NCBI GenBank assembly: GCA_003144275.1
Contig: NJBF01000003.1
Location: forward strand, 102,699 to 134,698
Reading direction: 5' to 3'
DNA length: 32,000 bases
Origin: Candidatus Heimdallarchaeota archaeon B3_Heim
Lineage (GTDB): Archaea; Asgardarchaeota; Heimdallarchaeia; Hodarchaeales; Hodarchaeaceae
The notes beneath the pieces were generated by a model. The model was given only the letters and a program-made list of their open reading frames with translations, had not been told where the DNA came from and did not search any database. The position numbers were made by a program, and so were the translations under genes. Positions 1-8,800 of the stretch are shown here, piece by piece (the stretch's first letter is position 1; each line of letters begins with the position of its first letter).

Positions 1-1
1 C

Positions 2-619
2 ATGAGAGGAGTGCACAAATACCTTCGCCGTCTCAAAAAGCTTGATTTAGTTCTTCCACCAGTAGTGATCTTTCCAGGGCACCCGCTCCAAATATCTTCT
101 TTGTCTGATTACATTATGATGCCTACATTACTAAATTGTTATCGTTTTCGGATCAAAGTTGTACTCAAACTTGGTAAGAAATACCATTGGTTGTTTAAAT
201 GGACCAGACGTCTGATTTTTGGGCAATTTCCGAAGGATCGGAAATATGGGTACCTAGTCTTAAGTCCTCAATCCACCGTTGGCAGAAAACTCCATGCAAA
301 AGCACTAAAGGATGATGAAGCATATGACGAGTTAACACAAAAATGGCGTCCTTACTGGGAAATGTGCTATATAGAAGCAGGTTCAGGAAATTTCTCTGCT
401 TCAATTGCCAATAGATTAGATCTTGTTAAGCGTGCATCGTTCTTCGCACATGGAAAACAAGCTAAGTTAATTACTGGAGGGGGAATTAGAACAAAAGAGC
501 AAGTTGAAGGTTTAGTAAAAGCAGGCTCAGATTTGATAGTTGTTTCCTCAGTATTGGAAAAAGCTGACCATCCCAAAGAACTGATGAAACAATTTTTACA
601 GGCTGTAAAACACCAGTAA
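2..619 (+). CDS. Geranylgeranylglyceryl-phosphate (GGGP) synthase / PcrB-family TIM-barrel prenyltransferase, probably 5'-truncated by the window edge
   Basis: Motifs VIFPG, LLN, GYLV.P.STVG, YIEAGSG and GGGIR occur in group II GGGPS order. The N-terminal D-P and GGS motifs are missing, so the true start is likely upstream of base 1. Confidence 0.8.
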   Translation: MRGVHKYLRRLKKLDLVLPPVVIFPGHPLQISSLSDYIMMPTLLNCYRFRIKVVLKLGKKYHWLFKWTRRLIFGQFPKDRKYGYLVLSPQSTVGRKLHAKALKDDEAYDELTQKWRPYWEMCYIEAGSGNFSASIANRLDLVKRASFFAHGKQAKLITGGGIRTKEQVEGLVKAGSDLIVVSSVLEKADHPKELMKQFLQAVKHQ

Positions 620-630
620 TTGTAGTTCTA

Positions 631-1164
631 TCATTCCAGACTTTTGCCATACTCGAATAGGTTTCCAGCATTATAGATATCGAGTTGTACCTTTGATAAT
701 GGTGTAACTTGCTTTGATTGAACATCTTCCTTTTCAGATGTAATTTCCCCTGTTGTTAGGTCAATAGTCATTTGATCACCAGAATTTAATGTAGTTGTCA
801 TAATATCAGGGGCCAAAATTAGTGGTATTCCAGAATTGATTGCGTTTCGTTTATAAATAGCTCCAAACGATTCGCCAATAATTACGATTACTCCTAAAGC
901 TTTGAAACAGTCAACAGCTTGCTGTCGTGAAGATCCTGCCCCAAAATTTTTCCCAACAATTAAAATAGTGTTTGCTGTTACTATTGATGGAAACTCCTCC
1001 CACCCTGGGAGGTTGCCAAATGTATGTTGACCCATTTCATTAATATCGGTAATATGGAGGTGTTTGTTATGGAAAATCATGTCCGTATCGATATCATCGA
1101 TACCTTTACCTTGTGTATCCTTGATTACAATTGCTTTACCACTTAGATTAGTAGGTTTTTTCAT
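631..1164 (-). CDS. 3-isopropylmalate dehydratase / homoaconitase family small subunit (LeuD/HacB-like), paralogue 1
   Basis: DDIDTDMIF, NFGAGSSRQQA, SFGAIYKRNAINSG swivel-domain motifs; lies directly downstream of a large subunit. Confidence 0.92.
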   Translation of the reverse strand: MKKPTNLSGKAIVIKDTQGKGIDDIDTDMIFHNKHLHITDINEMGQHTFGNLPGWEEFPSIVTANTILIVGKNFGAGSSRQQAVDCFKALGVIVIIGESFGAIYKRNAINSGIPLILAPDIMTTTLNSGDQMTIDLTTGEITSEKEDVQSKQVTPLSKVQLDIYNAGNLFEYGKSLE

Positions 1165-1185
1165 AATGCATAACTCCTAGCGTTT

Positions 1186-2439
1186 TCAAATTTCTGGAAC
1201 AATTATTTCTCCTGCAAGAGCACAGGCTGCAGCTGTTGCTGGAGAAGCTAGATAAGTATCTCCTTTGCCTTGTTTTCCTGCAAAGTTTCGATTCCCAGTC
1301 GTAATTTGCACTTCTCCTTCACCTGTCATTCCAATTTGTCCACTTGCACAGCTGGCGCACCCAGGATTACTTATAATAGCTCCAGATTGATAAAATAATT
1401 CAATAAGACCATTCTTTAGCATTTGTCCATATACTTCTTGTGTTGCAGGGACAATCTTCATCATGACGTCATTATGAACTTTTCTACCTTTGAGGATTCG
1501 AGCAGCTACCGCAAAATCTTCATATCGACCATTTGTGCAAGAGGCAATGACAACGGAGTCCACTTTTATTCCTGTAATCTCTGCGACTGGTTTTACATTA
1601 GCTGGATTAGGTGGTAAAGCAATTCTAGGTTCTATCCCTCCAAAATCATATTGAATATCCTCTACATAGCTAGCATCAGCATCGGCTTTGTGAATAGGAA
1701 AATCTTTTCCACTTCTTTTCTTGCAATAATCAATAATTCTTTCATCGGGTGTGATTAAACCAATAATTCCTCCCATTTCTGTAACTTGACTGGCCAGCGT
1801 AATACGTCCTGCTAAGTCAAGGGCATCAACTGTAGTCCCATAGAATTCTACCGATTTGCCCAATGCTCCTTTTGAACCTAATTGTTCTAATACTCCTAAA
1901 GTAACATCTTTGGCAAAGGAATTTTTAGCCGGGATCCCATCAATGGTGACTCGCATAGTATAGGGCACTTCAAACCATGTTTTACCTGTTTTGAAGGTAA
2001 AAGCAATATCTTGATCGCCCATTCCCTGTCCAAAGGCGCCTATGGCGCCAAGAATATTCAAATGAGAATCAGTACCAACAACAGTACTGTTTGGAGTTGC
2101 TACTCCTTTTTCTATCATAACGTGAGATCCTATTCCTGCGTTCACATCATACAGGTTTTCCCGTGGTAAGTTATTCCGGGCAAATACTCTAGCGATTTGT
2201 TGATTTTCAGCATAACCTAGATTATTTGCAGGAACTACACAATCAAATGTGAAAAAGGTTTTCTTGGGATCGGCAACATGTGATTCACCTGGATAATTAG
2301 TTTCAAGATTTTTGACTACATTGGCGCCACCGAAATCACGAGCGGATCGCACATCGATATCTAACCAAACGATCTTTTCTGGAGCAACTTCTTCCGATGT
2401 ATGGTCGGCAATTATTTTTTCAATTATTGGTTTACCCAT
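1186..2439 (-). CDS. Aconitase-family dehydratase large subunit (LeuC/HacA-like), atypical clade, paralogue 1
   Basis: IIEKII N-terminus, GTDSH, [4Fe-4S] ligands SCTNGR and GCASC, NRNF.GKQG, YLASPATAAA. Start placed at the second Met (2439, MGKPIIEKI); the ORF track extends to 2457. Confidence 0.9.
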   Translation of the reverse strand: MGKPIIEKIIADHTSEEVAPEKIVWLDIDVRSARDFGGANVVKNLETNYPGESHVADPKKTFFTFDCVVPANNLGYAENQQIARVFARNNLPRENLYDVNAGIGSHVMIEKGVATPNSTVVGTDSHLNILGAIGAFGQGMGDQDIAFTFKTGKTWFEVPYTMRVTIDGIPAKNSFAKDVTLGVLEQLGSKGALGKSVEFYGTTVDALDLAGRITLASQVTEMGGIIGLITPDERIIDYCKKRSGKDFPIHKADADASYVEDIQYDFGGIEPRIALPPNPANVKPVAEITGIKVDSVVIASCTNGRYEDFAVAARILKGRKVHNDVMMKIVPATQEVYGQMLKNGLIELFYQSGAIISNPGCASCASGQIGMTGEGEVQITTGNRNFAGKQGKGDTYLASPATAAACALAGEIIVPEI

Positions 2440-2553
2440 TCTAATTTGACACCCCATAGATTATACTCTGATTTACAAAAAGAGTATCTGTGTCTTCATT
2501 TTAACTGAATTCACGGAAATTTTTTCCTCGAAAAAAACCTTCCTCCTTGATGA

Positions 2554-2893
2554 TTACAAAACCAAGAAGGAGCGATAAGAATTGCTAAGAATCAACTAGA
2601 TTTATTAGATTAGAACCGTTCATCGCTCTGTTCGCTTGGAGAAGGTTGGTGTTCTCTCTCGACAGTTTTTTCGGATGGTGAGGAAGATTGGCAGTAATAT
2701 GACGAATATACATGAAGCCTTACAAGAGTTTTCCGGGCAATCTGAAGAATTTAGTGCATCTAGTGAGCAGGTAGCTGCTGCAACTGAAGAGCAGACAGCA
2801 TCTATGAATCAAATGACGTTTTCGGCACAGGCATTAACCCAACTTGCCGATAATCTTTCAAAAATGGTAGCAATTTTCAACCTAAATACTTAA
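2554..2893 (+). pseudogene. Methyl-accepting chemotaxis protein remnant (HAMP end joined to C-terminal methylation helix)
   Basis: ORF 2636-2893 ends in a typical MCP tail (SASSEQVAAATEEQTASMNQM..SAQ.L..LA..L..MV..F). Its start, EKVGVLSRQFFRMV, resembles HAMP helix 2, and a shifted frame at 2554-2610 (EGAIRIAKNQLD) resembles HAMP helix 1. No sensor, TM or signalling hairpin is present. Confidence 0.6.
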
Positions 2894-2931
2894 ACCTCCA
2901 CCCTTTTCTTATCTTTTTTTAAGGTAAGGAT

Positions 2932-4197
2932 ATGGTAGGTCAAACTTTAATCCAAAAAATTTTAGCAAAAGCTTCAGGTAAAGAGACTGAAGGAGTTGTC
3001 GAAAATGAAATTGTTTTTGTCTCACCTCACAGGATATTATCTCATGATAACTCAGCAGCTATTTCTAAAACGTTTTATAAGATGGTGGGGCCAAATGGGA
3101 AAATTTGGGGTCCTGAAAAAATCTTTATTGCATTAGATCATGCTGTTCCCCCGCCTGACGCAGTAAAAGCGGGAAACCATACAGTCATCAGGAAGTTTGT
3201 TAAAGATCAAGGTATTAAATATTTCTACGAGGGTGGTACGGGCATTTGTCATGAAGTCTTGCCTGCTAAAGGACACGTTCCTCCTAATGTTGTAATCCTC
3301 GGCAGTGATAGCCACACTACCACTCATGGTGCGTTTGGTGCAGCAGGTATTCCTATTGGAAGAACTGAAACCGCTTCTGTATGGGCTATTGGGGAAACAT
3401 GGTTGAAAGTACCAGAATCTATCAAGATCATTCTTGATGGTTCATTACCAAAAGGTGTTTATGCGAAAGATGTCATCTTAGAAATTATACGACAAATAAC
3501 AGCTGCAGGAGCAACGTATAATTCCATTGAATTTTATGGTTCCTCTGTAAAGAAGTTATCCATGAGTGAACGGATGACATTAAGCAATCTGACTGCAGAA
3601 ATGGGTGCCAAAGCAGGCATTTTTCCAGTGGATGATGTAACTGATGAATGGAACAAACAATTTGGGTTTCAATATGATCGAATAACTGCAGATGAAGATG
3701 CGAAGTATATCAAAACTCTGGAATTGGAGGTGTCTAACTTAACCCCTCGTATAGCCAAACCTCATAAAGTGGATAATGTAGTTCCCATAGAAGAATTAGG
3801 AAAAACCACTATAGATGTGGCATTAATTGGAACTTGTACAAATGGGCGGTTAGATGATCTTGAAATTGCAGCCAATATCTTGAAAGATAAAACCATTCAT
3901 CCCAATATTCGATTATTAGTATATCCAGCTTCTCAAGAGATTCTTCTCCAAGCAACACGGGAAGGGATACTTGAGATTCTTGTAGCTGCTGGAGGCCAAA
4001 TTGGAGTTCCTGCCTGTGGTCCTTGTTTAGGAGCATATGGTGGATGTATTGCATCAGGAGAAAAAGCTATTTCCTCGGCGAACAGAAATTTCAAAGGTCG
4101 TATGGGTAGTAAAGAAGATACGGGAATTTATTTAGCTAGTCCAGCAACAGTGGCGAAATCAGCCCTTGCAGGGTACATAACTGCAGAGGAGTCATAA
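2932..4197 (+). CDS. leuC: 3-isopropylmalate dehydratase / homoaconitase large subunit, paralogue 2 (canonical active site)
   Basis: SHDN, LDH, GICHE, GSDSHT, CTNGR, ACGPC, NRNFKGRMG, YLASPATVA. Family is certain; leuC versus hacA/dmdA is not resolved. Confidence 0.92.
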   Translation: MVGQTLIQKILAKASGKETEGVVENEIVFVSPHRILSHDNSAAISKTFYKMVGPNGKIWGPEKIFIALDHAVPPPDAVKAGNHTVIRKFVKDQGIKYFYEGGTGICHEVLPAKGHVPPNVVILGSDSHTTTHGAFGAAGIPIGRTETASVWAIGETWLKVPESIKIILDGSLPKGVYAKDVILEIIRQITAAGATYNSIEFYGSSVKKLSMSERMTLSNLTAEMGAKAGIFPVDDVTDEWNKQFGFQYDRITADEDAKYIKTLELEVSNLTPRIAKPHKVDNVVPIEELGKTTIDVALIGTCTNGRLDDLEIAANILKDKTIHPNIRLLVYPASQEILLQATREGILEILVAAGGQIGVPACGPCLGAYGGCIASGEKAISSANRNFKGRMGSKEDTGIYLASPATVAKSALAGYITAEES

Positions 4198-4199
4198 AA

Positions 4200-4727
4200 A
4201 TGCGTTTCAAGAGTCAAAAAATATGGATTTTTCCAGAAGATGATATTAACACGGATGTAATATTCCCAGGACGGTATACGTATGAGCCGCTAACACCTGA
4301 TGAAATGGCTCGTCACGCCCTAGAAGATTATGATTCTAAATTCATTGAAGAAGTGGAAGAGGGAGATATCATCGTGGCAGGCAATAATTTTGGAGCTGGT
4401 TCAAGTCGAGAGCAAGCAGTTACCTGTTTACAAGCTGCTGGAATTAGTTGTATTATTGCAAAATCGTTTGCACGTATATATTTTCGAAATGCTATCAACC
4501 AGGCGCTTCCCCTCGTTATTTCGCCGGAATGTTCAGACTTTATAACAAAGAATAAGAAAAATCTATTATCCTCTAAAGAAAAAATTGATGTAGATTTTGA
4601 TAATGGCCTCCTTAAGATTAAAGATAAAGTGTTTTCATTCCCCAAACTTGATGATCAGGCACTTCAAATCTTTAAGGCCGGAGGTTTAGTTGAATATACT
4701 AAAACTAGGTTAAAGAAAAGTACGTGA
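4200..4727 (+). CDS. leuD: 3-isopropylmalate dehydratase / homoaconitase small subunit, paralogue 2
   Basis: DDINTDVIFPGRY, NFGAGSSREQA, SFARIYFRNAINQA, GGLVEY; 2 nt downstream of the large subunit. leuD versus hacB is not resolved. Confidence 0.92.
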   Translation: MRFKSQKIWIFPEDDINTDVIFPGRYTYEPLTPDEMARHALEDYDSKFIEEVEEGDIIVAGNNFGAGSSREQAVTCLQAAGISCIIAKSFARIYFRNAINQALPLVISPECSDFITKNKKNLLSSKEKIDVDFDNGLLKIKDKVFSFPKLDDQALQIFKAGGLVEYTKTRLKKST

Positions 4728-4991
4728 TACTTGGCGCATAATTCAGCCACTTTTTCTCTTTTCTTTATCATTTACTCTTATATTTATGATAACATAAGTA
4801 AAGATCAAGTTTTTCCCTTATTATCGAACATAGGTAAATGTATTAATTTTCATATACCTTTCTATATTGCGATAAACGCAATTCATGCTCAACCACAAGT
4901 GAAAACCGGATTTCTGGTGTTTTTACAGAGAATTTTAAACCAATCTATATACCACCCATCATTCCTTGATGACTTAGATATCAAGTTAAAC

Positions 4992-4996
4992 GGTGA
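4992..4996 (+). promoter_or_regulatory. Shine-Dalgarno-like GGTGA
   Basis: GGTGA 6 nt upstream of the ATG at 5003. Confidence 0.5.
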
Positions 4997-5002
4997 AAAA
5001 AT

Positions 5003-6142
5003 ATGATAACAAAACTAAGTTATATGAAAAGGCATTTATTTGCCTTGTTGGCAATACCCCTACTTTTAGGGATAACATTTGCAGCAATTCTTCCTGCAAC
5101 AGGATTCACAGGAATGATAGTTGCTGAGGATGACGAAAGTGATGAACTCAGTGAAACTGAAACCTCTGAGGTCGAAGATGAGGATGATGAGGATGAGAAG
5201 ATTGAAGACTCTGACGATGATGAGGTAGACGATGAAATTGAAGAGAAAAATGAACGTGAAGTCGAAATCGAAGTTGAGGATTATTCAGTTCAGATCAAAA
5301 CGCAATTGAAACTTGGTGAAAACAAAGATGAAATCAAGGTGAAATTCACGGTTGATGATAATCCAAAATTCAAATTAGAGTATGAATCGGAAGTTGGTGA
5401 TACAGAAACAGAATTAGATTTTACTATCAAATTCAAAAGTATCACAGAATATTTAGATATTGACTCAAATGGTGTGTATAACAAATCCGTAGATGAAGAA
5501 TTACAGGTCCTGAAATTTGAGGATATGGAGTTTCTTCCCATTGAATATTCAACATCAACAGTATCTAATACAACAGTTCACCTGTTCAAATCCTCATCTG
5601 TAGATGGAATGTTTACACTCCAATTTTATGTTGCTGGAGAATTTACCCCAGTTAATGGATCGCTTGTAGCTCCAACAGAGGTAAAAATCGATATAGGTAT
5701 CCATGATTTTCCTTATCTTAACGAAAGTTCCCGCTTAGCCCTTTACACGAAGCTCGAAAGTGAAGCGGAATATGAACATGATAGTGATACTGAAGATGAA
5801 ACCAAAGGTCTCTCGTCAGATGAAGAAGAAGAAGTGGAAGTTGAAATGAGCGGATTCGTAGGGTTCTTTTCATGGAGTGAACTAGTGGTTGTAGATGGAC
5901 AAAATATGAGCATTATATCAAGTCCTGTGGGAACTGATGATATTGATGCCAATGAGCAGAAAATCTATCTTAACTATCCCCATGGTGCTGAGATCATCCA
6001 TGATCCAAAAGTTGGAGTTGCGGGAATATTACAAATGGATGTCATCCAGACCCCAACGAATATACCTGGATTTGAAACATTAATTGCTGCTTTTGCTTTT
6101 TTGACTGTAGCTATAGTAACTGTTTACCGTCGTCGACGGTAA
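5003..6142 (+). CDS. Secreted, highly acidic cell-surface protein with PGF-type C-terminal sorting signal (paralogue A)
   Basis: Hydrophobic signal peptide, D/E-rich tract, beta-rich domain with a DIDSNG loop, C-terminus IPGFETLIAAFAFLTVAIVTVYRRRR (PGF + TM helix + basic tail). Confidence 0.85.
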   Translation: MITKLSYMKRHLFALLAIPLLLGITFAAILPATGFTGMIVAEDDESDELSETETSEVEDEDDEDEKIEDSDDDEVDDEIEEKNEREVEIEVEDYSVQIKTQLKLGENKDEIKVKFTVDDNPKFKLEYESEVGDTETELDFTIKFKSITEYLDIDSNGVYNKSVDEELQVLKFEDMEFLPIEYSTSTVSNTTVHLFKSSSVDGMFTLQFYVAGEFTPVNGSLVAPTEVKIDIGIHDFPYLNESSRLALYTKLESEAEYEHDSDTEDETKGLSSDEEEEVEVEMSGFVGFFSWSELVVVDGQNMSIISSPVGTDDIDANEQKIYLNYPHGAEIIHDPKVGVAGILQMDVIQTPTNIPGFETLIAAFAFLTVAIVTVYRRRR

Positions 6143-6144
6143 CC

Positions 6145-6173
6145 TTTTTTTACTTTTTTTTCCTTTTTTTTTT
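6145..6173 (+). terminator. Archaeal-type oligo-T terminator
   Basis: Three T-runs immediately after the stop codon at 6142. Confidence 0.55.
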
Positions 6174-6250
6174 AACCATGTTTCCCAGGAGTATTCGAAT
6201 AGTAGGATGCTAATGGCCTGAAAAACTATCAAACACGAGAGAGAAAGAAC

Positions 6251-7363
6251 ATGTTGAGACAAATCAAAGAACTAAGTGTCAAGAAATCATCACTTCTTTC
6301 CCTTTTACTGCTCTATTTATTCATCTTACTAATTTTCTCATCTATTATGGTCCCCTCAGGGGTCTCTGGTTGGATTTCTGAAGATGATAAAATCATGGAT
6401 GATGAGGATGATGATGGTTTAGATGATGAAATAGAGGATTTAAACGAACGGACTTTACAGATAGAGGTAGAAGAAGACCAGGTTGAAATTCAATCCGAAC
6501 TAAAAAACGGGACAACGAATGATAAAATTAATATTATCTTTAAGTCATCTGGCGGACCTGAATTTCGCTTAGAATACCAATCAGAGTCTGATTCGGATGA
6601 AATCGAACTTAGTTTCGATGTACAGTTTTTTTCTATAATAGAATTTATTGATACAAATGGAAATAATGTACTTGATGAAGGTGAAGAAATTCAGGAATAT
6701 GAGCTTGAAACAGATTTTACCCCAATTTCTTATAATATCAGGAATGATGGATTTGGTTATGAGATTCACACTTTCAATACAACTTCTGAAGATGGAGTAT
6801 TTTCTCTGCAATTTTATGTGTTCACCAATATTTCCTCATTGAATGGAGGAATAGTAGTACCAAGTGAAATAAAAATGGATCTTGCAATACGAGATTACCC
6901 ATTTCTTGAATCCACATCAAAACTAGCTCTTTATACACAACTAGAGGCCGAAAGTGAATTCGAAATTGATGATCAGACTGAGGATGAAGAGCATAATCGC
7001 ACATCCGATGAAAAAGAGGTTGATGTGACAGTAGGTAATTTCACAGGCTTTTTTTCATGGTATGAATATGCTTTAGTGGATGGAATCAACAAAACAGTCT
7101 ACCATAGTAATGTCGAAAGCGATGAATCTGACAAGGAAAAGATATTCCTCATTTATGAGAACGGAAGTCGAATAATCCATGATCCGAAAATAGGGTTTGA
7201 GAATATAACAAAATTAGAACTTCCCTTCATTCCACCTGAGATAATACCTAGTATCCTTTCAGTATTAGCCCTTCCTGATGATAAGTATCTCCTAGCAGTA
7301 ATCATACTAACAACAATTATGGTGCCCAGTGCATGGTTGCTTTACAGAAAGAATCAAGTGTAG
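6251..7363 (+). CDS. Secreted, acidic cell-surface protein with C-terminal TM anchor (paralogue B)
   Basis: Aligns by eye to 5003-6142 over ~260 aa (NER..IEVE, LEY.SE, DG.F.LQFYV, K.D..I.D.P, LALYT.LE, TEDE, GFFSW, VDG, IIHDPK.G); N-terminal hydrophobic segment; C-terminal TM plus RK. Confidence 0.85.
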   Translation: MLRQIKELSVKKSSLLSLLLLYLFILLIFSSIMVPSGVSGWISEDDKIMDDEDDDGLDDEIEDLNERTLQIEVEEDQVEIQSELKNGTTNDKINIIFKSSGGPEFRLEYQSESDSDEIELSFDVQFFSIIEFIDTNGNNVLDEGEEIQEYELETDFTPISYNIRNDGFGYEIHTFNTTSEDGVFSLQFYVFTNISSLNGGIVVPSEIKMDLAIRDYPFLESTSKLALYTQLEAESEFEIDDQTEDEEHNRTSDEKEVDVTVGNFTGFFSWYEYALVDGINKTVYHSNVESDESDKEKIFLIYENGSRIIHDPKIGFENITKLELPFIPPEIIPSILSVLALPDDKYLLAVIILTTIMVPSAWLLYRKNQV

Positions 7364-7427
7364 TAAGATAACTACACGGTATGCCTGGTTCATTCTGAGC
7401 AAATTACAAGATTCGACGTGATTCAAA

Positions 7428-8255
7428 GTGAATTCTAACGAAGTCTCTGAAGAGGAACAAAATATCAATGAGTCAGTCATCAAAGCTTTGAATCATAAAA
7501 TTAGAAGAGCCCTTTTACTAGAGTTGTATAAACATGGATGGGGTGGGTACTCCGAGCTTTCAAAATCATTAAATATTAAGGCTGGTAGTTTCTACCATCA
7601 TATGCGATTATTAGAAGAATCAGGATTGGTTAAGCAATTAAAAGATAAATTATATGAAATTACTCCTCAAGGAGCGCAAGCGTCAGAATTCATTAGGGGA
7701 AGCTTTTCTCCGCTTGAGGAGAGTCGATTTACAAAGATACTTCAGATATTTACTCCAATTTCCTCACAAATTACTTCATTTCCGAAGGCTAGCTTGCTAG
7801 TTCTGCTTCTAATTCACATTGTAGGACTGTTTTGGCTTGCTTCTGACCAAAAGACAAGTATTATTGGTTTTTTTATCGTACAGTCAAATGATCCTATCCT
7901 TGCTTTGATGAATAGCATACTTTATACTTCGCTAGGCTTGATAGGTTTGTATTCTTACTTTCAATATATGTATAGGCGAGTAGTAACCAAAATTAATCTA
8001 GCGTCACATATCTTATTTCCAGAATCTGTTTTTGTTGGTTTCTTTGCGTTACTAAGTCTTACTCCATCATTAGAGATTTATAATTCAATTCCTTTAGAAA
8101 TTGTTATTATATTTACAATTGTATATCAGTTAGTCAGCATTTCTTATTATGTTCATGTTTTTCAGAAAGCTAATATACAATTACTGGGAAGTGTACTAAT
8201 CGTATTGCTTCTTCTACAGTATTACCACTTGTTAATTCTTTTTTGGCTTCTATAA
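7428..8255 (+). CDS. ArsR-like winged-helix DNA-binding domain fused to a multi-pass membrane domain
   Basis: ALNHKIRR.LL..L..., YSELSK.L.I..GSFYHHMRLLEESGLV..., YEIT..G, followed by about 5 hydrophobic segments. GTG start. Confidence 0.8.
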   Translation: MNSNEVSEEEQNINESVIKALNHKIRRALLLELYKHGWGGYSELSKSLNIKAGSFYHHMRLLEESGLVKQLKDKLYEITPQGAQASEFIRGSFSPLEESRFTKILQIFTPISSQITSFPKASLLVLLLIHIVGLFWLASDQKTSIIGFFIVQSNDPILALMNSILYTSLGLIGLYSYFQYMYRRVVTKINLASHILFPESVFVGFFALLSLTPSLEIYNSIPLEIVIIFTIVYQLVSISYYVHVFQKANIQLLGSVLIVLLLLQYYHLLILFWLL

Positions 8256-8294
8256 TTAAGGGATAAATTTATCAATTGGAGTCTCCTCCTTTAC

Positions 8295-8774
8295 TTGATG
8301 CCTTTAGATAAAGCCAAACTGGACGCTCTATTGGAAGAGATCGCTCTTTTAGATAAAAAAATTGACTCCCGTAAACCTATTCGAAAAAAACCACGCTTAA
8401 CAACAACCCCTCATAGTTTATCCCCATTAAAACAACCGGAACTACTTGAAACTGAAAAAATGTTATATTTTCAGTTCTGTCATTATTTCAAATTAACTAT
8501 GCTCTCTATTGAACATACTGAAGTTGCATTAGAAATTTGGATTAAAGGGGTTCTTCCTCATCTTCTCAAATTGTTTAATCTCGAAAATGAAGAATGGGAA
8601 AGACTGTGCGAAATCGGAGATAAAGACACTCAGACACAAAAGGAGCTTGATGAGGATTGGGTCACTTTTTTCCGTGAGGTAGTCGAAAATGGAAGGATTG
8701 AAGAGGAGGTTCTTTCATTTATCCATGAAGGAAAAAAGAAAAAAGAATATCTTACTCGTACAAATATAAAGTAA
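8295..8774 (+). CDS. Hypothetical protein
   Basis: 159-aa open frame filling the gap between genes, helical and charged composition; no family recognised. Start may be the ATG at 8298. Confidence 0.6.
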   Translation: MMPLDKAKLDALLEEIALLDKKIDSRKPIRKKPRLTTTPHSLSPLKQPELLETEKMLYFQFCHYFKLTMLSIEHTEVALEIWIKGVLPHLLKLFNLENEEWERLCEIGDKDTQTQKELDEDWVTFFREVVENGRIEEEVLSFIHEGKKKKEYLTRTNIK

Positions 8775-8800
8775 GATAGCAACTTCTACTTATATTTTAC

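Noticed and set aside
4731-5006. 91-aa ORF between leuD and the surface protein
   Set aside because: TTG start, low-complexity AT-rich composition, overlaps the likely promoter and RBS of 5003; treated as intergenic.
5125-5260. GATGA/GAAGA quasi-repeats resembling an array
   Set aside because: Explained by Asp/Glu codon runs within the coding sequence; no constant repeat or spacer length, so not CRISPR or a tandem repeat.
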